Part shown: positions 45,480-55,094 of the stretch, in pieces
Layout of the letters: every line of letters starts with the position of its first letter
Numbering within the stretch: the stretch's first letter is position 1
Assembly (NCBI GenBank): GCA_035193785.1
Contig: CP136572.1
Span: 2,836,578-2,900,577, forward strand
Source of the DNA: Planktothrix sp. GU0601_MAG3
GTDB lineage: Bacteria; Cyanobacteriota; Cyanobacteriia; Cyanobacteriales; Microcoleaceae
Reading direction: 5' to 3'
DNA length: 64,000 bases
Position numbers and translations under genes: made by a program
Notes under the pieces: generated by a model
What the model saw: the letters and a program-made list of their open reading frames with translations, nothing else
Databases searched by the model: none
Told to the model about the DNA's origin: nothing

Positions 45480-46430
45480 TTAGGGTTTGAGAGCAATAAT
45501 TGTCCGATGGCGAGGGTCACTGGGAAGGGTGATTTTATAATCAAACCCCACCTCTTTTAAGGTTTCTTCCACATCAAAAGTATAATATTCATCACTCCAA
45601 GGTTCGGTACTTTTCATCAGAATAAATAACGCTGGAGGTAAGTTTTGAATTACTTCTGATTTGGGATTATTATCGACAATGGCTAAACAGCCGCCTGGAC
45701 GTAAAATTCTGAGTGCTTCTTGAAAGATTTCTCGACTGGGTTGATTCGGGAGTTCATGTAATACAAATTGCAAGGTAATAACATCAAAACTATTATCGGG
45801 AAAACTGGTATTTTCAGCCAGTTCCTGTCTCCATTCGGCGATTTCTCCCCGGGTATCTCGAACTTTTGCCACCGCTAACATATAGGGTGATAAATCTAAC
45901 CCGACTGTCCTAATATTATCACCATATTTCTGTACTAAATAACGGTGTAATGGTAGGGTAGACATCCCCACAGAACAGCCAATATCTAACACATTTTCCA
46001 CCCGTTCAGGACAATATTGTCCTAGGATTTCATGGAAACTATAACGTAACCGATGTTCGGCGGTTTCCCAGGTAATTTGTTCTTTTGGCCAGACTCGTAA
46101 ACCCATGGCTTTTGTTGCGGGTTCGGCTTCAAAGGCGGCTAACCAACATAGATTTCCCTCGTCATAGGCATGAAAGGGAACTTGATAATAATTGGGGTAT
46201 TTAATATTAGGATTTGTGACGGTTTTTAACAGTTCTTTGGCTCCTGATGCGTCTAATTCTTGACAGGTTTTTCGCCATGGAACTCCATTTTTTTCGGCAG
46301 TTTTAATTAAAACTTTTCTCGCTTGAAGTTTCATTAAACTATAAAGCGGTTTCGTTTTGATCAGAACATTAACAATTTTAGACAGAAAATCTCCCCCTGC
46401 CCAGTCTGGTTTTAGTTTGGCATTAATCAT
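45480..46430 (-). CDS. Class I SAM-dependent methyltransferase
   Basis: VLDIGCSVG, GLDLSPYML, FPDNSFDV, RILRPGG. Confidence 0.9.
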   Translation of the reverse strand: MINAKLKPDWAGGDFLSKIVNVLIKTKPLYSLMKLQARKVLIKTAEKNGVPWRKTCQELDASGAKELLKTVTNPNIKYPNYYQVPFHAYDEGNLCWLAAFEAEPATKAMGLRVWPKEQITWETAEHRLRYSFHEILGQYCPERVENVLDIGCSVGMSTLPLHRYLVQKYGDNIRTVGLDLSPYMLAVAKVRDTRGEIAEWRQELAENTSFPDNSFDVITLQFVLHELPNQPSREIFQEALRILRPGGCLAIVDNNPKSEVIQNLPPALFILMKSTEPWSDEYYTFDVEETLKEVGFDYKITLPSDPRHRTIIALKP

Positions 46431-46492
46431 AGTTTAAAAATGGTTGAAGACAAGGATTAATTTATCATAAAATAGAATGAGATCATAAAAAG

Positions 46493-46723
46493 TTAAAGAC
46501 TATCCCATTCTTTTAGGGTAATTTGCTGGGCTAAAATATCTTCAACCTCTCGAATCATAATTCGCAACTGAGGAACAGAATATTCATCATTAGAGGGGAT
46601 AGTAAGACGATGACTCTCATAAATCATAAACTGATGTTTACTTCCCGAAAAAGGGCCGGAAAAACCAAATTTATGTAATTTTTGAATAAAGTCTCGTCGT
46701 CTACATGGTTTCCATCGGCTCAA
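46493..46723 (-). CDS. HicA-family toxin
   Basis: GF.GPFSGSKHQFM...LTIP motif. Confidence 0.8.
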   Translation of the reverse strand: MSRWKPCRRRDFIQKLHKFGFSGPFSGSKHQFMIYESHRLTIPSNDEYSVPQLRIMIREVEDILAQQITLKEWDSL

Positions 46724-46973
46724 GTTGTGGCTCCTTATTCAAATCAATTTTATTAATAATTGGTAATGGATGCCCCAATTTGATCCCCAATAAAATCCAA
46801 TCTTCTAAAGTTGAACGCAATTCTTGTTCACATTGTTTTAAGGTTGAACCAAAGGCAATAACTCCTTGACAAATTGGGATTTTTCCCACAAAAGTCTGAT
46901 CTTCAAGTTTGTCATAAATTGCTTCAGCCATTGCCTGCTCAAGATAATCACTAAGGATATACTGTACAGCCAT
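46701..46973 (-). CDS. HicB-family antitoxin
   Basis: FVGKIPICQGVIAFGSTLKQC..ELRSTLEDWI...PLP; overlaps hicA. Confidence 0.8.
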   Translation of the reverse strand: MAVQYILSDYLEQAMAEAIYDKLEDQTFVGKIPICQGVIAFGSTLKQCEQELRSTLEDWILLGIKLGHPLPIINKIDLNKEPQLEPMETM

Positions 46974-47039
46974 TGCCAATCCTAAATTCATTGCATTTTT
47001 CCTATTATAGAATATTTTAGTCAATGTATTTATGAAGTT

Positions 47040-48666
47040 TTATTCCATGTATCTTGTCTGTTTCAGCCATTGGCGAAGTTGGGTAAAAAATTGGTTTCTA
47101 TCGGGGTTTTGATAAACTTCTTTAACAGTTTTCCATCCTGCATCTGCTTCACCTAGTAAATAATGTTGAGCCAAATAGGCGGCTAAAACTCCTTTTAAAT
47201 CTTGTTTCAGGCGATTACGTTTAGTGATTTCTTGTAACAAAACCGAGTTATGTTCTGCGAGCAATTCAGAATATTTTTTAGTCACATCTTGCCATTCTCC
47301 AAACTGATATTTGAAAATTTGTAAAGGTAATTGTTCCGGGTTATAGACTTGAAATTGTTTGCTAAATCGTTGGTCATAATGAATTAAAATTGGCGTTTCT
47401 TGGTTGTCTGTTTTGAGTTGATAGGAAATTAAACCCCATTTTTGTTGTAAATCTTGATATTCCCGTTTAATCGGATTATACCGATAAATCACGGAATAGT
47501 AACCCTTTAAATTATTCTCCTCATCAACTAATAAATCTACCAAAATTTCGGGTTCTTTATCATTATCTAAATCTAGGACTTTAAAATCAATCACCCTGGC
47601 ATTTTTAACGGTTTTTACTCCAGGACTAGATAAATTTGCCATGGAAATAACATCTTCTGAAATCAAATCCCCTTTGCGGGTAATTTTAATTTGCATGAGT
47701 TGAACTGTACTATTAGAATCTGCTAATAATTGGGCTTTAATTTCTCCTAAAGTAACTGTTTTTTGCACCTTTAAATCCTTTATTTCTGGATAGGATTCGG
47801 GTTTTGATTCTATTGGTGGTGTCCCTTGATGCTGCATTTTAACTGGTGGGGTCGTCGGAGAAGATTTTGGCTCGGAAACTGACTGCTGGAGCATCATAAA
47901 TTGGGACTCTAGCAATATATTGAGTCGGAACTAAAGCCTGTTTTTTATCTTCGGAAATCGCTTGACAAATTAAGGTAGCAACTTCCGCCCGGGTTGCGGG
48001 TTTATTCGGATTTAATCGTCGCACATTGGGATAATTAACTACTAACCAATTTTCTGTAGCTGTTGCGATCGCTTTTTTAGCATATTCAGGAATATCAGAA
48101 GCATCATCAAAGATTTTGGTTAATTGTTGATAGGAAACTTGGCTAGATTTATAATCTAAACCATTAACTACCGCCACTAACGCCTGGACTCTAGGGATAT
48201 TTAATAAAGGATTAAAAACACTTCCTAAATAGCCTGACATAAACCCTTTTTGATTCACCTCTTGAATAGCATTGTAAGCCCAAAAATCCGTCGGGACATC
48301 GACAAAATCAATCGCCTTTTCACTGCGAGGAATTTTAGGAAATGCTTGACTCAGAATCGCTGCAAATTCAGCCCGATTAACGGGACTATCGGGGCGAAAA
48401 GTATCATCTTCATAATAGCCCTTGACAATATTTTTTTGAGCTAAATTCTCAATACAATTTTGCGCCCAATGACCTTTAATATCTGAAAAATTTCGAGAAT
48501 CCTCGGCGAAAACTGGATTGATAAAGGGGAGAGATTTCTGAGTGATAATTATTCCTAAAGCGGCGATAAAAAATAACTTAATTGGGGATAGATTAGTCTT
48601 GGATTTCAGCATCGAAACAGCCATCCATTTTCCAGAATTAAAATAGGATACAATTTTGAATTTCAT
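47040..48666 (-). CDS. S-layer homology (SLH) domain protein; frameshift at 47875-47879
   Basis: FSDIKGHWA, FRPDSPVNRAEFA, FVDVPTDFWA, PATRAEVA; a one-base correction joins the two ORFs. Confidence 0.8.
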
Positions 48667-48681
48667 ACTAATACTCCTAAT

Positions 48682-51137
48682 TTAAACGAATTGAACAACA
48701 GCACCCGCACTGGGTAAGGTGGTATCCAAATCAGGAAACACCCACCAACACAAGATTACCAACACTAGCAACGGATGTTCCAAAATTCAAGTTGATATCG
48801 GAATTATCCGTAACAGGACTCAAATAAGTTTGAACTAAATTTCCGCTTCTTAATTCATAGCGAAATGTTCCTCCTAAATTTCCTAGTCCGTAGCCCGGAG
48901 AACCAATCAAAACCTCATTTCCCATCATGGCTAGAGCTTGACCAAATTGATTAAATTCCTCCACTTTAGGAGCATTATAACGTTGTAAAACTGCTCCGGT
49001 AATCCCATCGAATAAAAAAGCGATTCCCCCATCTGTTCCCCCCTGGTCGTCTCCTGGCGCACCGATTAAAATATCTCGACCAACACCCGTCCAGGCGACG
49101 GAATAACCAAAATTATCTAACCCGGGATTGGGATTTTTAAAGGTTTGTAAAAGCTGTCCGGTTACACTATCAAAAATATAGGCTTCACCGGGTTGTTTTC
49201 CTGCGGTTGGAGTTAAACTAGCGGGCGCACCAATTAATACTCTATCTCCACCAACCGCCGCCACGGACGCACCAAAAAAATCATTAATTTGAGGGTTGGG
49301 ATTCAAAAATGTTTGCAATAGTTGACCTGTGTTTCCATCAAATAAATAGGCGATTCCCCCGGCGGTTGCTAAGGTGGAATTACCGGGAGCACCGACAATA
49401 ATATTATTACCTAAAGTTGCTACGGAATAGCCAAATAAATCAAATACGTTTGGGGTCGGATTATTGATGGCTAAATAGGGCGTTCCCGTGGCGGTGCTAA
49501 ACCCATAAACCGCTCCAGAATTGGGGGCTAAACTACTATCTTGAGATGCACCAATAATAATATTATCTCCTAAAGTTGTAGCCACCGATTGACCAAATTT
49601 TGAATTACCTGCATTGGGAGAAGGGTTACGAAAAGTTAACGTTGGTTGTTGAGTTGTGAGATTGAATAAATAGGCGATTCCTTGATTATTAGTTTGACCG
49701 GGGGCGGTTATTGCTAAGAAATTATTTCCTAAGCGAGATAACTTTGAACCAAATTGAGCATTTTCTTCTGGAATAGGATTAACTAAAGTTCCCAATGCTG
49801 AAGGTGGAATTTCATCATCTATAATGTCTAAAATCGCTTGATTAGGTGTGCCAATTTGGGCAAAATTAGTAGGATTTTCTAAGGTTAAAAGCAAGTTAGA
49901 TGAATAATTGGGAACATTATTATTAACAATGGGAATATTAATAATTTTAGGGGTAGTATCCCCCGGGGCAAAATTAACAATAATTGGTGTAGTATCGACT
50001 TGATTTCCCGTTGGCGTTAAGGGAGTAGGAATTGGAAACCACCGTAACGCTGATTTCTCCATCATTTCCACTGTTTCTAACAACGGTAATCGGATTAATT
50101 ACAGTCCCATTTTCATTAACAGCAAACTGCTCAGAACTAAAAGCTACAGACCCAGGAATAACAAAGTTAGAACGATTAATTTGATCTGGTTTAATTCCTT
50201 GTAAAATAGCCACAATCTCCCCCGAATTAGAGGATATAATTGTACTATTTTCGGTTCTAGGATCGGGTTTAATGGTTAGATTTTCAAATCCTAAATTCCC
50301 CGTTAAAAAAATAATATCTTCCCCGGGTTTATAATCTACAATTATATCAGATAATTCCAGATTATTGCTTAAATTATTACTATCTAAAACAAAAATATCT
50401 TTCCCTTCTCCACCGATTAAATTATCACTTCCTGCGTCCCCAGAAAGCCAATCATCTCCGTCATCTCCAATAATTTGATCATTGCCTTGACCTCCCACTA
50501 AAGTATCATTTCCTATCCCTCCCGATACCTGATCATCTCCAGTATTTCCTGTTACTAAATCATTCCCCCCGTCGCCTCGAACCTGATCATTTCCATTACC
50601 TCCAAAAACCGTATCATTTCCATCTTCTGCGCCGATAAAATCATCTCCATCATTGCCTTCCACCCAATCATTATCTACTCCTGATCTGAGTTCATCATTT
50701 CCTTGACCTCCGAATATAAAATCCTTGCCTAAATCCTCTCTAACTTGATCATTTCCTGACCCAGAATAAATAGTATCATCCCCTTCAACTCCCGATAATT
50801 GATTGGGACTATCAGGATTTATAAATCCCACAAATTGATCATTTCCTGCTTCTCCAAATAACAGATCATTGCCTTCACCCCCCAAAATTTGATCGTCTCC
50901 AACCCCGCCAAATAGGGTATCATTTCCCCCTTCTCCAAATAATTGATCATTATCTGAGTTACCATAAATTAGTTCAGGATCTGATGAACCTCGAACCGTA
51001 TCATCTCCTCCTAATAAAAAAGCACCTAACTGAAATACTCCCAATTCTCCAGGGAAAAATCTTACATTTTCAGGGGTATTATCTCCGACTAAGCGAAGTA
51101 AACCTGTGGTAGAATCGGTTTCTGGTTTTAGCACCAT
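48682..51137 (-). CDS. RTX + Calx-beta + FG-GAP propeller surface protein; frameshifts at 50035 and 48735
   Basis: GGxGND repeats, VAFSSEQFAVNENG Calx-beta, repeated FGxSVA...IGAP. Confidence 0.8.
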
Positions 51138-51180
51138 AAGGTTATTCGGTAAACTAAAATTAAAATCCTAACATTGTTAA

Positions 51181-51885
51181 TTATATCATTGATTTTGCTG
51201 ACTGCCAAAATTTAGAAATCGTCACAAATTGATAGCCATATTCTAATAATTTAGGAATAATTTCTTCAGCCGTTTTTGCCACATCTTTTCCCCCATTATA
51301 GCCATCATGGAGGACAATAATTGACCCATTTTGAGTTTGTTTGATCACCCTATTCCTGACAATTTCAACCCCAGGATGTACCCAATCTTCGGGGACAACA
51401 CTCCACATCACCGGACGATATCCCCAACTTGTTAATAAATCTAAAGTTCTGGGCAAAAATACACCGTTGGGGGGACGAACATCTTGGATTAATTCGGGTT
51501 TTAAACCACAGGCATTAAAAATAGCCGTTTTAGTTCTTTCTAAGCTTTGTTTTAACTCCATTTCTGTTAACAAAGGGAAGGTATCATGTTTATAACCATG
51601 TAACCCTATCCAATGACCTTGTTGATAGACTGCTTGGGCAATTTCAGGATATTTTTCTACCCATTGTCCTAACCAAAAAAAACTCGCTTTAATTTGAAAC
51701 TGTTCTAAAACCTTTAATAATTCTAAAGTATATTGGGGGTGCGGCCCATCATCAAAGGTTAAGCAAATTTCCGGTTGAGATAAATCCCCTGTCCATAGAC
51801 ATCGGGGAAATTTTTGGCTTAAAAGTGGATGTAAATAGGGGAAAAACGAGGCAAATTGTAGTTTAAAATTAAAATGGTTATTCAT
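51181..51885 (-). CDS. Polysaccharide deacetylase (NodB/CE4)
   Basis: LTFDDGP, GLHGYKH, RPPNG, IVLHDG. Confidence 0.92.
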   Translation of the reverse strand: MNNHFNFKLQFASFFPYLHPLLSQKFPRCLWTGDLSQPEICLTFDDGPHPQYTLELLKVLEQFQIKASFFWLGQWVEKYPEIAQAVYQQGHWIGLHGYKHDTFPLLTEMELKQSLERTKTAIFNACGLKPELIQDVRPPNGVFLPRTLDLLTSWGYRPVMWSVVPEDWVHPGVEIVRNRVIKQTQNGSIIVLHDGYNGGKDVAKTAEEIIPKLLEYGYQFVTISKFWQSAKSMI

Positions 51886-51980
51886 AGAGGTTTAAGTTTA
51901 CAAATCTTTGCATCAATCGGCGAGTATTGAGTTAAAAAAAAATGTACCATATTGATCGGTAATTCATCGGCAAATCTGAC

Positions 51981-52142
51981 ATGAAAAAGTATGTTTGTAA
52001 GACCTGTGGGTATGCCTACGATCCTGAATACGGTGATCCAGATGGCGGTATTGATCCAGGTACACCTTTTGAAGATATCCCAGAAGACTGGATTTGTCCA
52101 CTTTGTAACGCGGAAAAAAAAGATTTTGAACTAGAAGAATAG
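51981..52142 (+). CDS. Rubredoxin (53 aa; not in the ORF track)
   Basis: [53 protein letters not shown]. Confidence 0.93.
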   Translation: MKKYVCKTCGYAYDPEYGDPDGGIDPGTPFEDIPEDWICPLCNAEKKDFELEE

Positions 52143-52151
52143 AGGGTTAAT

Positions 52152-53391
52152 TTGTCTAGTATACAGCCTTTAAAAGTGATTGTAATTGGGGGTGGGGCGG
52201 CAGGTTTTTTTGGAGCCATTACTTGTGCAAATCACCACGCCCAGACTCAAGTAATTTTGCTTGAAGCCGGACAACAAACCCTGGCTAAAGTAAGGATTTC
52301 TGGGGGGGGACGGTGTAATGTCACCCATGCTTGTTTTGAACCGACTCAATTTGTACAAAATTACCCCAGGGGAAGCAAAGCACTGCGCGGTGCTTTTAGT
52401 CGATTTCAAGCTAAAAATACCGTGGAATGGTTTGCTAGTCATGGGGTGAAATTAAAAACAGAAACCGACGGGCGAATGTTCCCCACAACGGACGATTCTG
52501 CTACTATAGTTAACTGTTTAATTAGAGTAGCAGAACAGGCGGGAGTCAGGATTAAAACGCAAGCTCCTGTGGCTTCTATTTCCCATAATAATAATCACCC
52601 CCATCCTTTTAAAGTTCAACTGAAATCGGGAGAAATTTTAGAAGGCGATCGCATTTTATTGGCTACCGGAAGTAACCCCTCCGGTTATAAATTTGCTCAG
52701 GCTTTAGGACATACAATTATTCCACCAGTACCCTCTTTATTTACCTTTAATATTAAGGATAAACGACTGCAAGATTTAGCGGGAGTTTCTGTTAGTTTCG
52801 GCGCGGGTTAAACTCCCCCAAGCTAAATTAGAACAAACCGGGCCATTATTAATTACCCATTGGGGATTAAGTGGGCCAGCAATTTTAAAGTTATCCGCTT
52901 GGGGGGCGAGGGTTTTATATGATTGTAATTATAAATCACCTCTACAAATTAATTGGCTTCCCCAGGAACATCCAGAACAGTTAAAGGAAAAATTATTAGA
53001 CCTAAAATCACAATTTCCCAATCGTTTAATATCAGCAAATTGTCCGGTTGATTTACCTCGTCGTCTGTGGAAACAATTGGTTGATTACCTTGGAATTGAT
53101 GAGGAAAAACGCTGGTCAGAAATTTCTAATAAATCTTTAAACCAACTAATTCAAGAGTTAACCCAAGGAAGTTATAATATTAATGGAAAGGGTGTTTTTA
53201 AGGAGGAATTTGTTACCTGTGGTGGGATAAATTTAAAAGAAGTTGATTTTAAAACCATGGAAAGTCGTTGTTGTCCAGGTTTATATTTAGCCGGGGAAAT
53301 ATTAGATATTGATGGAGTTACCGGGGGATTTAATTTTCAAAGTGCTTGGACAACGGGATGGTTAGCAGGAAAATCTGTTGTTGGGCTTTAG
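52152..53391 (+). CDS. HI0933/BaiN-family flavoprotein; frameshift at 52795-52799
   Basis: GGGAAG, ISGGGRCNVT, GPLLITHWGLSGPA (after correction), VTCGG, DGVTGGFNFQSAW. Confidence 0.92.
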
Positions 53392-53454
53392 TCACGGGAA
53401 AGAGTGCCCAAGCGCAACAACAAACAGGAATAAAGAGCGCCCAAGCGCAACAAC
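53377..53454. repeat. Three GTTG-type REPs
   Basis: GTTGTTGGGCTTTAG followed by two GAG(T/C)GCCCAAGCGCAACAAC copies. Confidence 0.6.
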
Positions 53455-53471
53455 GAATAATAAACAAATTA

Positions 53472-53663
53472 TCAAATTTTGGGTTTTCCGTCCTCTGATT
53501 TTGGAATATCTGGACAAGAATTTGTGGTTTTCAAATGATAACCTTGTTTTTCCATTGTCTCCACAAAATGAGTAGGATCTTGATTATTGTTTTCGGGTAA
53601 TATTTCAGGAGGATGATTTTTAAAATCCTGTCGTTTTTGTTTGAGTTTAGATTGTTTACCCAT
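53472..53663 (-). CDS. Small hypothetical protein
   Basis: 63-aa ORF, ATG start, fills the gap between flanking genes. Confidence 0.55.
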   Translation of the reverse strand: MGKQSKLKQKRQDFKNHPPEILPENNNQDPTHFVETMEKQGYHLKTTNSCPDIPKSEDGKPKI

Positions 53664-53737
53664 GATCTTAATACCTGATAATTAATGAAAATAATGGTAT
53701 AATAATTATAACACTTTGAACTATTTTAATTTTCTAT

Positions 53738-54370
53738 ATGATGGGTTATCTTAAGGGGAATCTTGCCGATATTCAAAAAGGAACTGGAAATCGAATCACC
53801 CTATTACTCGATGTTAATAATATCGGTTATGAAGTGCAAATTTTACCTCGGATGAGAGCGGAATTACCTGCATTTGGCGAGTCAATACAAATTTTTACCC
53901 ATTTACAAGTCCGAGAAGATCAAATAGTTTTATATGGCTTTTCTAATATGGCTGAAAGGGATTTGTTTCGCCAATTAATTAGCGTTAGTGGAATAGGAAC
54001 TCAATTAGCGATCGCCCTTTTAGATACCCTCGGACTTCAAGATTTAATTCAAGCAATTGTTGGCGGTAATACCCGCGTTTTATCCAAAACTCCAGGCGTC
54101 GGAAGCAAAACCGCAGAACGCATCGCCCTAGAACTCAAAACTAAACTATCGGAATGGCGACAACAAGCTGGAATGCTTTCATCTACTCCCTCTAATATTA
54201 CCCCAAAAATTCAAGAAGAAGTGGAAATGACCTTACTCGCCCTGGGTTACACTGGAGCGGAAGTGATGCAAGCTTTACAAGTTATTAGTCAAGATTCTAG
54301 TCTAGCGAAACAAACTAATTCCGATGAATGGATTAGAAGTGCGATCGCTTGGTTAAGTCAAGGAACTTGA
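53738..54370 (+). CDS. ruvA: Holliday junction migration protein RuvA
   Basis: IGYEV, HLQVRED..LYGF, LISVSGIG, PGVGSKTAERIALELK, LLALGY. Confidence 0.96.
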   Translation: MMGYLKGNLADIQKGTGNRITLLLDVNNIGYEVQILPRMRAELPAFGESIQIFTHLQVREDQIVLYGFSNMAERDLFRQLISVSGIGTQLAIALLDTLGLQDLIQAIVGGNTRVLSKTPGVGSKTAERIALELKTKLSEWRQQAGMLSSTPSNITPKIQEEVEMTLLALGYTGAEVMQALQVISQDSSLAKQTNSDEWIRSAIAWLSQGT

Positions 54371-54699
54371 ATATTTTTTGGATTTTGGGATTCATTTTTT
54401 TCTTTATGTAATAGAAATTCAAGGTATTTTTCAAGTTGTCGCTGTCTGGTTTGGGATAGCTGACGTAACTTGTCTAAAATCGCTTCTTCCCTAGAATACT
54501 GACTAACCGGAATAATTTGTGAGGCGGCAACTTCAATGGTAATATGCGGGACATCAAACCCTTCTAAACTATACCCATCTTCTTCATTATCCATTGGGTA
54601 ATACTCAACAATGGTGGCAATATCGCCTCGTTTGAGTTGATATTCGGGTAAATCTTCTGTTAGGGCGACTTGGGAAAATAGAGGATATTGCTGTTTCAT
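54358..54699 (-). CDS. DUF4926-like putative antitoxin/immunity protein
   Basis: FSQVALTEDLPEYQLKRGDIATIVEYY...GYSLE. Confidence 0.7.
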   Translation of the reverse strand: MKQQYPLFSQVALTEDLPEYQLKRGDIATIVEYYPMDNEEDGYSLEGFDVPHITIEVAASQIIPVSQYSREEAILDKLRQLSQTRQRQLEKYLEFLLHKEKNESQNPKNIQVP

Positions 54700-55029
54700 T
54701 GATTTTCTCCTTTGTCTGGCACTAGAGTTACAAATCGGGTTGTATAGTTGTTAACTATCCATATTGTTAAGGTCTTGAGTTCAACGCTGTTTTGACCTCT
54801 AAGAGTCGCACGAATCATGTATTTTTGACCATAACGGTTAGTTTCGACAAGTTCAGCAGGTTGGGTCAGAATTTGGTTTCTTAGGTCTTGTTTCCAGTTG
54901 TTGCCAATTGTCTAATGTATATCCAGCCTGAGCTAAAAATTTGGATTTATCATCTTTTGGTAGTGGTACAAGTAAATACTGGGTTAGCTTTGATTCTGCG
55001 ATAATCGAGTCCTGTGGTAGAAAAACCAT
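54696..55029 (-). CDS. DUF6883-like putative toxin; frameshift at 54890-54894 (not in the ORF track)
   Basis: Corrected MVFLPQDSIIAESKLTQYLL..DDKSKFLAQAGYTLDNWQQLEQDL...YGQKY...TIWI...RFVTLVP; ATGA-coupled to the next gene. Confidence 0.7.
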
Positions 55030-55094
55030 GCTTTATATTAGTTTGGGCTTTATATCAATTTTATAGAGGCACAAAACTATATACCCATTTTAGA

